Notes under the pieces: generated by a model
What the model saw: only the letters and a program-made list of their open reading frames with translations
What the model was told of the DNA's origin: nothing
Database searches by the model: none
Shown: positions 26,504 to 34,748 of the stretch, piece after piece
Numbering within the stretch: the first letter of the stretch is position 1
Layout: each line of letters opens with the position of its first letter
Assembly (NCBI GenBank): GCA_034409195.1
Contig: DAOUMT010000079.1
Span: 1-58,954, forward strand
Direction: 5' to 3'
Length of the DNA stretch: 58,954 nucleotides
Source: Dehalococcoidia bacterium
GTDB lineage: Bacteria > Chloroflexota > Dehalococcoidia > SZUA-161
Position numbers and translations under genes: made by a program

Positions 26504-26941
26504 TTATTCTTTGATAACTATAAGCCCGGCCGCAGCCAGAGTCAGAATTACTGCTATTATAAGGGCAAATACAATATATATGCCCCCTTTGCTTCGAATC
26601 ATTCCGATGAACCCGCCCCACATTCCAAGCACTGCGGCAGAGCAAGAAACAGCTATACCCAGCATGGCTATTCCATCGCCATAGGACAGCTTACTCAGGT
26701 ACCAATGCCCTTCAGGAGTTTTGAGGACGCCGGCACACCCACTCCAGATGGCGTCCACACTGGTGCCCCTCCAGAGTTCGTTGAGAGAGCATGTCAGGTT
26801 TACGTAGCCATTGGATACCATGTAGATTATTATGCCGACTATTGAAATTAATATACCAAGAAGGGCAACCCAGTAGGCAATTTCTCCGTAAATGACTCCT
26901 GTGACCGGTACTTCCGAAGCCTTTTCCTTTTCCTTGTCCAT
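26504..26941 (-). CDS. Small integral membrane protein (3-4 TM), family uncertain
   Basis: 145-aa hydrophobic ORF, 15 nt downstream of the TauE gene. It may be the kind of small membrane partner often found beside TauE permeases. I cannot confirm DUF1634. Confidence 0.45.
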   Translation of the reverse strand: MDKEKEKASEVPVTGVIYGEIAYWVALLGILISIVGIIIYMVSNGYVNLTCSLNELWRGTSVDAIWSGCAGVLKTPEGHWYLSKLSYGDGIAMLGIAVSCSAAVLGMWGGFIGMIRSKGGIYIVFALIIAVILTLAAAGLIVIKE

Positions 26942-26956
26942 AGCCCATCACCTGAG

Positions 26957-27934
26957 TTACAACTTATTAAACCCATCAATAACCAGTTTGACCCCTGCAC
27001 CGATCATTACCAGTATAATCATCCATCGGATAAATTGCGCCTTCACTGTGAACATTAACCTGGCCCCTATGCTCGTTCCAATCACTACTCCAATTATGCA
27101 CGCTACAGCGAATAGTGGAAAGATACCTCCACGCATGATGTAGGGCCAGACAGCAGCAGTGTCACCCATGCCTATCAAGACCTTACTGGAAGCAGCCGCA
27201 ACCTTAAGCGGAGCAAGCATGACCAGATTGAATACTGGAACCATAGCCCAGCCGGCCCCCACGCCAAACATACCCGAGACTATTCCGCATCCGCAAAACA
27301 GAATGATCCCGATGGGTGCCTTGGTAACCTTATAGTGTACAACCTTATCCATCGATTGTTCCCAGTAAGACATGGCTAGCCCCAGCCTTTTTGTAAAGCC
27401 GTCCTCTTTCTTTACTTCGGGATACTCGACTTTCTTCCCACCAAAAAGTATCAGAAATGCAATGAATATTACCAGGAAACCCAAAATAAGCCTTATCAAA
27501 GCCTCGCCGAAATCACCCGCTGAAGCTTCAACATAGCCAGCTAGTAGAGCACCCACTACAGCAAAGATAGTGTAAGGGAGGGCTGCAAAGAAGAGCATCT
27601 TTACGTTCGCCAGCCCCCTGCGCAGGAACGGACGAGCGGCAATTAGTGACCCGGCCATAGCTACGACCAATCCAGTTGCCCGGATAATGAACGAATTTAT
27701 GGGTGTAAAACCCATCATCAGAGGTGTGAACACAACCCCACCGCCCACACCACCCAGCACAGCAATAATACCTATTACTGTGCATATAGCTACAAACACG
27801 AAGAAGAACGCCACTGGACTTAAACCCATACCGCTTGGGTCTGCTGTTTCTGCAGCATAGCCTATGCCACTGCTGAACAGAAATATCATTACAGCAAGGA
27901 GGACGACGACGGAAAGCTTTGATAGCCTCATCAT
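26957..27934 (-). CDS. TauE/SafE (DUF81) family anion permease, last large gene of the qmo operon
   Basis: ORF 26957-28039. The probable start MMRLSKLSVVVLL at 27934 avoids overlap with qmoC. Contains the duplicated Gly-rich motifs GGVGGGVVFTPLMM and FGVGAGWAMVPVF. Confidence 0.75.
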   Translation of the reverse strand: MMRLSKLSVVVLLAVMIFLFSSGIGYAAETADPSGMGLSPVAFFFVFVAICTVIGIIAVLGGVGGGVVFTPLMMGFTPINSFIIRATGLVVAMAGSLIAARPFLRRGLANVKMLFFAALPYTIFAVVGALLAGYVEASAGDFGEALIRLILGFLVIFIAFLILFGGKKVEYPEVKKEDGFTKRLGLAMSYWEQSMDKVVHYKVTKAPIGIILFCGCGIVSGMFGVGAGWAMVPVFNLVMLAPLKVAAASSKVLIGMGDTAAVWPYIMRGGIFPLFAVACIIGVVIGTSIGARLMFTVKAQFIRWMIILVMIGAGVKLVIDGFNKL

Positions 27935-27953
27935 CTTAATAATGAATCTCAGG

Positions 27954-29084
27954 TTACCTAACTGCTCTCCCGACTTGCCTGGCATAGGCCATAGCCAGCG
28001 TCCTGTAAATGATGTGAGCTCCTTTGGAGAATGGAGCATATATAAGCAGACTGAACAAAAGCCAGAGGTGAACCAGATATACCGAGTAGGTCGCTGTGGA
28101 CAGCTTAGCCAGTCTAACCACTTCGGTAGCTATCCCGCTGATAGTAACTAAGGAAAGCAGCAGGATGAGAAACCAGTCGAAATAGGTCGTATTGCTTCTG
28201 TTACTACCTGTGGTGGAAAACCTCCTGTAGACTGCCAACACACAGCCAGCAAGAAGCAGAAGAGAGCCCAGATTCCCTGCTATCTTGATAGGACTGGTCA
28301 ATGGATATGGTGAATCGATCCCCGATAAATGATAGACCGCGCCTAGAAAGGCAGCGAGCAGGAGAAGGATAAATCCGTAGAAGATCGCTAAATGCGTATA
28401 ACGGTTGATTTTATTCGCCTGACATTTGCCGAAATCGCCATGTTTAAATATATCTACTGCGGCAAAGGCAAAGCTCTTGAGCCAGCCACTCCGGGCGCCG
28501 GATGTCGGCGGTGGGTCTGCTTCAAACTCGTTGATACCTTTCCAGAATCTGACGCCCCCGACAGCAGCCACGACTGCGACGAAGGCAACTATTATAGCCA
28601 TACCGATGTAGGCGTCGGGGTTTGGAATCATATGATTTTCGACAATCGCACCTTTGGGAAGCGTAAGGTCACCCGCGATACCGAGAAAGGCAAATAGAAG
28701 CGCCGCAGGAAGGGCAAGCATAGGCAGCAGATACATAGGTGATGAAAATGCTTTTCTCAAAAAGCCCGGGAGAGCATAACTCATAATTGCATAGCTTCTG
28801 ACGGCAGCCAGGACATCTCCCGGTTTGGCGTCCCGGGGACAGTATGCTGTGCAGTCATTACATCGATGGCATAGCCACACATCGGGGTCCTTCAGCAATC
28901 TATCCTTCAACCCCCGCTGAGCCCACATCATCTCTTTCCTTGGGAAAGGTTTACCGTCAGGAGACAGAGAACAGACCACCGAGCAGGTGCCGCACTGAAA
29001 GCATTTTTTCAGTGACTCGCCACCAAGGCCAATTACATCTCTGACGAATTCACTGTCAGGTTTAATAACGTTTCGTTTCTCCAT
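27954..29084 (-). CDS. qmoC: QmoC, HdrC-like FeS domain fused to an HdrE/NarI-like membrane cytochrome b
   Basis: 376 aa. CFQCGTCSVVCS and CHRCNDCTAYCP at the N-terminus, followed by about 6 TM helices. Confidence 0.85.
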   Translation of the reverse strand: MEKRNVIKPDSEFVRDVIGLGGESLKKCFQCGTCSVVCSLSPDGKPFPRKEMMWAQRGLKDRLLKDPDVWLCHRCNDCTAYCPRDAKPGDVLAAVRSYAIMSYALPGFLRKAFSSPMYLLPMLALPAALLFAFLGIAGDLTLPKGAIVENHMIPNPDAYIGMAIIVAFVAVVAAVGGVRFWKGINEFEADPPPTSGARSGWLKSFAFAAVDIFKHGDFGKCQANKINRYTHLAIFYGFILLLLAAFLGAVYHLSGIDSPYPLTSPIKIAGNLGSLLLLAGCVLAVYRRFSTTGSNRSNTTYFDWFLILLLSLVTISGIATEVVRLAKLSTATYSVYLVHLWLLFSLLIYAPFSKGAHIIYRTLAMAYARQVGRAVR

Positions 29085-29094
29085 ATGACCTGTT

Positions 29095-30297
29095 CTACAA
29101 TGCTTCCAGGACCAGTTCCGAGATATCCTTTATCTCGATTGTGCTTTCTTTCCCTATACTAAGAAGACTATCATCAAACATCAACATGCAATAAGGGCAG
29201 GCCACCGCAAGCACATCCGCTCCGGCATCGATGGCCTCCTTCAGCCTCAAATCGCAGAACCTTTCCTCCTTGGGCGTCTCCATCCAGACCCTTCCGCCGC
29301 CGCCACCGCAGCAAACTGAGGACTTCCTCGAACTCTGAAACTCCATCAATTGCACGCCTGGAATCGCCTGAAGCACCCGGCGTGGCTCATCGTATATCTC
29401 ATTGTGCCGTCCCAGATATCAGGGGTCATGATAGATGACCTTCTTCTTGATCTCCTTCGAGGGCTTCAGTTTACCTTCACGAATAAGCTGGTCTAGCAAC
29501 TGGGAAAGGTGAATAACTTCGAACTGGGCTCCTAGCTCCGGATATTCCTTCTTGAAAGTATGATAGCAGTGCGGAGAATTGACCACCACCCTTTTCACGC
29601 CGCTCTCGGCGAATGCCTGAATATTGCTCTTAGCCAACTCCTGGAATATTGTCTCGTTGCCAGATTTGCGAACGCTCTCACCGCAGCAGCGCTCTTTTGC
29701 GCCCAATACACCATAGTTTATTCCAGCCTTGTTGAGAATCCCCACGGTAGCCCGGGCAATCCTTCTTACCTTGGCGTCAAACGCCGGGACGCAGCAGGTA
29801 TAATAAAGCAGCTCAGTGCCCGGTGTAAAAGGTTTCACGCCCAAATCCTGAGCCCAGCTACCCCGCTCCTTCTCCGGCTCGCCCTGCGGATTGCCGACAT
29901 AAGAGATGTTCTTCACACTCACGCGGAGGGAGTCAGGCACCTTGGCCACGCCCATCTCAGCAATTACCTTTCGCATCGCCCTGATGACATCGATCATCTC
30001 CACGCCTCGCGGGCAGCGAACGGCGCAGGCGCCGCAAGTGGCGCAGGTCCAGATATCTTTGTCTCCGAAATCTATCAAACCGAGCTGAGCCCGATGCATC
30101 ATCCTGCGAGGGAGAAAAGTGCGCACCAGGTTCCACGGGCAAGTCCCGGTGCAAGTACCGCACTGATAGCATATCTTGAGCGTGTCGCCGCCCATCTCCC
30201 GAATAATATCGACCGTCTCTTTATCAGGAACCGCTGGACTCATCTCCGCCTTCTTTCGTGCATTGTTTGGTTCATGGCCCGGCCCAAACTCAACCAA
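29095..30297 (-). CDS. HdrD-like (HdrC+HdrB fusion) CCG-domain FeS oxidoreductase interrupted by one in-frame TGA (candidate selenocysteine; alternatively a pseudogene or sequencing error)
   Basis: ORFs 29419-30297 and 29095-29376 are in the same frame, separated only by a TGA at 29419-29421. The read-through sequence is [32 protein letters not shown]. The TGA falls where the CCG-domain Cys sits (compare HDSCNPAR in dsrK). Two ferredoxin motifs (CYQCGTCTGTCP, CATCGACAVRCP) and two CCG motifs (ERCCGES, VCCGGGGG) are present. An alternative start lies at 30243. Confidence 0.6.
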
Positions 30298-30333
30298 ATC
30301 GTTATCTTCAGGTCAGCAACTCTGCCAAGCCAA

Positions 30334-32553
30334 CTACATCTCCTTGTAGGGGTTGGGGCCAACTCTCTTTATTGTCTCCATGAACTCGTCAAAAATCTGC
30401 GGTATCTTTTTAAATTCTGATATTGAAAGCTCTTCCACCCTGATCCTCTCAGATTCAAGCACAAGTCTCTGCAATGTCTCCTGGACCTTCCCCATCCTCG
30501 TACTTGCCAGCTCGCTGCCTTTTACATAGTGACACTGGTAATCATCGCCGTGCTTGCATCCAATCATAAGTATGCCGTCGATGCCTTTGGAAAGCGAGTC
30601 AGCGATCCAAACGATGTTCACCGAACCAAGACATCTCACCGGGATCACCCTTATAAACGGGTTGTAAGTGATGCGGTTGATGCCGGCCATGTCGAGAGCC
30701 GGATAGGCATCGTTCTCGCAGAGAAAGGCCACCACCCTCGGCTTCTCTTCATCCGGCTCGGGCACCTCTATAGCCTTGAGCATGGAGCTAATTATGTCAA
30801 CTGAATAATCCTTAAACGAGATAATTCTCTCAGGACATGAACCCATGCAGATGCCACACCTTCGGCATCGGGTCGGATTGGGTACGGGATTGAATTTATC
30901 ATCTTCGTTGTACATGCCAAAGGGGCATTCCTCAGTGCATCTCTTGCATTGAGTACACCTTTGCATGAACAGGCTCGGATAGCTCATGTCCCACGTTCTG
31001 GGATGTACCGCCTGCCCTCTTGCAGTCTGCTCTACGCATTGGATAGCCTTAAGCGCCGCTCCGGCTGCATCATCCATGGATGCGGCAATGTCCTCGGGCT
31101 GCCGCACGCAGCCGGCAGCATATATGCCTGTTCGCCGCGTTTCGTACGGGAAGCAGATGAAGTGGGAATCGGGGAATCCGTATTTCAGAGTAGGGATTTC
31201 AGGCCCCTGCCTGTATTGGAGATGCAGCGCAGGAGTCGCGTAGCGCCCCGAATCCGGAGCAACCTCAGTGACCTTCTTTTCGCCTTCCGCAGTCACTGTC
31301 TCTACCTGAGGCATGACCTCTGGCATAGAGTTGGATACTATCCCGGCCGCAAGCACTACCAGGTCCACGTTGACTGCTATGTCCTCTCCCAGCAACACAT
31401 CGTAGACCTCAACAGTGACCTTTCCGCCTTCTTCGGAAATGCCTTTAACATCGCCCTTGGCAAGAAAGACCCCTGGCTCCTCCTGTACTCTCTTGTAAAA
31501 GTCTTCGTACTGTCCAGGGGTCCGCATATCCTTGTAGAATATATAGACCTGAGCTTCGGGATTCTGCCCTGTTACGTAGAGCGCCTGTTTCAGCGAAGTC
31601 ATACAGCAAAAAGCCGAGCAGTAAGCCAGATGGGCCTGGTCCCGCTGACCGGCGCACTGAATGAATGCCACGCTTGAGACTTCCTGCCCGTCGGAGGGAC
31701 GCGTTATTTTGCCTTTCCGCGCCATCTCCTCCATCTGGACATTGGTGATAACATCCTTATACTTGCCGTACCCCAGGTATTCCAGTTTGCCGGGGTCGTA
31801 GGGCTTGAACCCAGTCGCCTGAACGATAGAGCCGATTTTGAGAGAGGTCGAAGTGCCCTTTTGTTTCAGAGAAACGTTGTACATCCCCGGAGCGCCTTCT
31901 ATCTTCTCGATCTCGGCCCCGGTGAAGACCTTGATTTTAGAGTTACCTTCCACCTCTTTGACCTTGGCAGCGACGCCTGTGTCCTCCAACTCGCGATAGG
32001 GAGGATGCTTGGGATATTGCTTTCGCAGTTTGGCTATCCAGCCGCCTAGAGCGGGCTCCTTCTCTACAAGGCAGACATTATATCCTGCCCCAGCCGCTTC
32101 GAGGGCCGAGGTCATTCCGGCTATCCCGCCGCCGACCACCAGAATGGTCTTATCCATGGCTTCAGAGAAAGGCTCCGGTGCCTCAGCCTTCTGTGCCCTG
32201 GCCAGGCCCATCCTGAGATAGTCCTCCGCCAGCATCTGAGTGTCTTCATCTTTGGGCGGGTGAACCCAAGCAACCTGCTCTCTAAGATTGACCCTCTCGA
32301 CGTATACGGATGGCCCATAGCTGAACACGTCCATTTTCGCCCTGGGAGAACAGGCAGCTATAACCGCAGTGTTGGTGCCCTCCTGAATATCCTGCGCTAT
32401 AAGCTTCGCTCCCTCTGCTCCACACAAGAAGGGATGGTTCTTGCAGTTCTCAACCTTAAACTCTTTGGTGGCTACCCCGCAGAGTTTGTCTACATCCAGG
32501 GCATCACCGATTCCGCAGCCACCGCAGATATAAACTCCGAGCTTTTTAGCCAT
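30334..32553 (-). CDS. qmoB: QmoB, HdrA-like flavoprotein with C-terminal MvhD-like domain
   Basis: 739 aa. MAKKLGVYICGGCGIGDALD, FAD motif VVGGGIAGMTSALEAA, ferredoxin motifs CTQCKRCTEECP / CRRCGICMGSCP, and a C-terminal VVAFLCENDAYP (MvhD-like). Confidence 0.9.
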   Translation of the reverse strand: MAKKLGVYICGGCGIGDALDVDKLCGVATKEFKVENCKNHPFLCGAEGAKLIAQDIQEGTNTAVIAACSPRAKMDVFSYGPSVYVERVNLREQVAWVHPPKDEDTQMLAEDYLRMGLARAQKAEAPEPFSEAMDKTILVVGGGIAGMTSALEAAGAGYNVCLVEKEPALGGWIAKLRKQYPKHPPYRELEDTGVAAKVKEVEGNSKIKVFTGAEIEKIEGAPGMYNVSLKQKGTSTSLKIGSIVQATGFKPYDPGKLEYLGYGKYKDVITNVQMEEMARKGKITRPSDGQEVSSVAFIQCAGQRDQAHLAYCSAFCCMTSLKQALYVTGQNPEAQVYIFYKDMRTPGQYEDFYKRVQEEPGVFLAKGDVKGISEEGGKVTVEVYDVLLGEDIAVNVDLVVLAAGIVSNSMPEVMPQVETVTAEGEKKVTEVAPDSGRYATPALHLQYRQGPEIPTLKYGFPDSHFICFPYETRRTGIYAAGCVRQPEDIAASMDDAAGAALKAIQCVEQTARGQAVHPRTWDMSYPSLFMQRCTQCKRCTEECPFGMYNEDDKFNPVPNPTRCRRCGICMGSCPERIISFKDYSVDIISSMLKAIEVPEPDEEKPRVVAFLCENDAYPALDMAGINRITYNPFIRVIPVRCLGSVNIVWIADSLSKGIDGILMIGCKHGDDYQCHYVKGSELASTRMGKVQETLQRLVLESERIRVEELSISEFKKIPQIFDEFMETIKRVGPNPYKEM

Positions 32554-33826
32554 TTGCCCCCCTTCTTACGATGGACTGAATCGCCTTGAGCGCTGCCCTG
32601 GTCCCGTCCTGTACTGAAGTGGAAACATCGGTTGGCCTCCTGACACAACCGGCTGCATAAACACCGGCAGCCTCGGCGGCAACGAAGCCGTAGTTATCAT
32701 ATACCAGGTTCGCCGGTATCTTCGCCTCCGCAGTATTGGGAACCATGCCTGTTGCCAGCACCACCATGTCGAATGATTCTTTTATCTTTTCGCCTGCTGC
32801 TGTGTCTTCGGCATGTAATATCAGGTTCTTGGTCGCCGGGTCTTCTTCGATCTTGGCGACTTTGCCTCTCACCAGGGTAACCCCCTCGATTCCCTGAACA
32901 CGCTGGAGGAAATCTTCCAGAATACCTAACGCACGTACGTCAATGTAGAAGATGGAGACCTTGGTTTCCGGGCTCTGGTCCTTGACATAGGTGCACTGTT
33001 TCAGGGAACCCATGCAGCACACCCCTGAGCAATAGGGCAGGTGATTCTGGTCCCGTGAGCCAGCGCACTGGACAAAGGCGATACTTTTCACCTCTTTCCC
33101 ATCTGAGGGACGAACAATCTTACCCTGGGTTGGCCCGTCGGCAGCTGCTAATCTTTCCATTATTACATTGGTTATTACGTTCGGATACTTGCCATAGCCC
33201 AGATTATCAAGTTTGGTAGCATCGTATGGTTTCCAGCCGGTAGCCAAAACAATCGACCCGACCTTCATGTGCAGGGTTTCCGCAGACATGCCCAGGTCGA
33301 TGGCCTGATACTGGCAAGCGGAAACACATTTAGCACACTCAGCACCAAGACAGACCTTGGTATCAATCACATACTTCAAGGGAAACGCCATCAGACTGGT
33401 CAGGTAGGCAGCCTTAGTTTTATCCAATCCGAAATTATAATCGTTCGGTCTCTCGACCGGGCAGACCTCGGCACACTTGCCGCATGCAGTGCAATTATCA
33501 TTAACCAGGCGCGGGTTCAGCTTGACAGTAACGTCGTAATCACCCTCTTTGCCTGAAATATTCTCAACTTGCGCCAGAGTAAAAACCTTAATTTTCGGAT
33601 TTGTCTTGATCCTCCTGAAATTTATCTCAAGCCCGCAGTAAGGGGCACAAAGTTTGGGGAAATATTTATTCGCCCTCGCTACTCGCCCGCCCAGATAAGG
33701 GCTCTCCTCTACTAAAAATACTTCGTAGCCTACTTCGGCGGCCTCAATTGCTGCTGTCAGGCCGCTCATCCCTCCTCCGATAACAAGGATGCCGTTGGGA
33801 GAGTTTATACTTTCTATGTTCCCCAT
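32546..33826 (-). CDS. qmoA: QmoA, HdrA-like flavoprotein
   Basis: 426 aa. ILVIGGGMSGLTAAIEAAEVGYEVFLVE FAD fold and CTACGKCAEVCP. Overlaps the qmoB start by 8 nt. Confidence 0.9.
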   Translation of the reverse strand: MGNIESINSPNGILVIGGGMSGLTAAIEAAEVGYEVFLVEESPYLGGRVARANKYFPKLCAPYCGLEINFRRIKTNPKIKVFTLAQVENISGKEGDYDVTVKLNPRLVNDNCTACGKCAEVCPVERPNDYNFGLDKTKAAYLTSLMAFPLKYVIDTKVCLGAECAKCVSACQYQAIDLGMSAETLHMKVGSIVLATGWKPYDATKLDNLGYGKYPNVITNVIMERLAAADGPTQGKIVRPSDGKEVKSIAFVQCAGSRDQNHLPYCSGVCCMGSLKQCTYVKDQSPETKVSIFYIDVRALGILEDFLQRVQGIEGVTLVRGKVAKIEEDPATKNLILHAEDTAAGEKIKESFDMVVLATGMVPNTAEAKIPANLVYDNYGFVAAEAAGVYAAGCVRRPTDVSTSVQDGTRAALKAIQSIVRRGANG

Positions 33827-33836
33827 GTAGTTCTCC

Positions 33837-34658
33837 TCATTGGATAGAATCGAGGCCCAACTCTTTCATCTTTCCCTCCGCCACATCACTTCTTATTTTA
33901 AGGGTTTTTTCTGCAAATAGACTAAACCTCAACCACTTAAACCCAAAATCGAGTAACGCTTCATCGTCTTTCTTAATTTTCTTTAGAACCTCATCCTCAA
34001 TTTCAAAGCGTTTAAGGAAGCTGCTATTAAAAATTAGCTTTCTAAACCTGTCAAGATCATAACAGGTTAAATAAAACATCTGACTCTTTGCCGGCCCCAG
34101 TCCTTTGCCCTCGACGAAAAGCTTATGCAGTGTAATTTCCTTATAGGGCTCATTTTTTTGGTTATATTCGTCTATCCCCTGATCCTTCCACCACTCCTCA
34201 ACCGTCCACTCCTGTCCATCTTTAAAACCCAGACAAGAGGACTCTTCGTCAACGATAAAGCAAAACTCCTCGCCATCTGTCCTCTGAGAGGTTTTGGATG
34301 ATGCCATCCCCAGAGGATACATGCGACAGGCCCACGGCCTGTCCTCATAAATAGAGCACCCTTCCGTAGTTACAAAGGGGCAACTCTTGCGAGCGTCATT
34401 CTTCATTCTCAGTAAAACTATGGGGAGCTTCTGGTCCGCTAAAATTGGCGGAAGAGTATATTTTTGGAGAAATTTTCCCGAAGTAATCTTTAACGCCCTT
34501 TTCATACGTAGGACATCATAGGGCGAAAGAAAGATGTTTACATCACCACAACACTGGGTAAAACATGAAAGCCCTTTGCGACAAGAGAACCTGAACTTGC
34601 TTCCCGGGGAAAGTCTGGGGTATTCCTTCAGTATGATTTCTTTCCAACTTTTAACCAT
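33837..34658 (-). CDS. YkgJ/UPF0153-like CxxCxxCC cysteine-cluster protein
   Basis: 273 aa. FSCRKGLSCFTQCCGD fits the CxxCxxCC-type putative Zn/Fe-chelating domain. More Cys follow (CPFVTTEGCSIY, WACRMYP). Lies between aprA and qmoA. Confidence 0.55.
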   Translation of the reverse strand: MVKSWKEIILKEYPRLSPGSKFRFSCRKGLSCFTQCCGDVNIFLSPYDVLRMKRALKITSGKFLQKYTLPPILADQKLPIVLLRMKNDARKSCPFVTTEGCSIYEDRPWACRMYPLGMASSKTSQRTDGEEFCFIVDEESSCLGFKDGQEWTVEEWWKDQGIDEYNQKNEPYKEITLHKLFVEGKGLGPAKSQMFYLTCYDLDRFRKLIFNSSFLKRFEIEDEVLKKIKKDDEALLDFGFKWLRFSLFAEKTLKIRSDVAEGKMKELGLDSIQ

Positions 34659-34748
34659 AGCACCTCATTAGGACTCCAGGTACCGTTGGCGATACCTGGA
34701 GTCCTTTGCACTCAATCAACCTTTATTTTTAGCTGCGGACTCACCAGA

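Noticed and set aside
29394-29419. 6-bp AUAUCU/AGAUAU hairpin that includes the last base of the UGA, as the SECIS element
   Set aside because: The stem is short and AU-rich, the loop is 14 nt, and the structure overlaps the UGA itself, unlike characterised bacterial SECIS elements. I kept it only as a candidate to test computationally and do not assert it.
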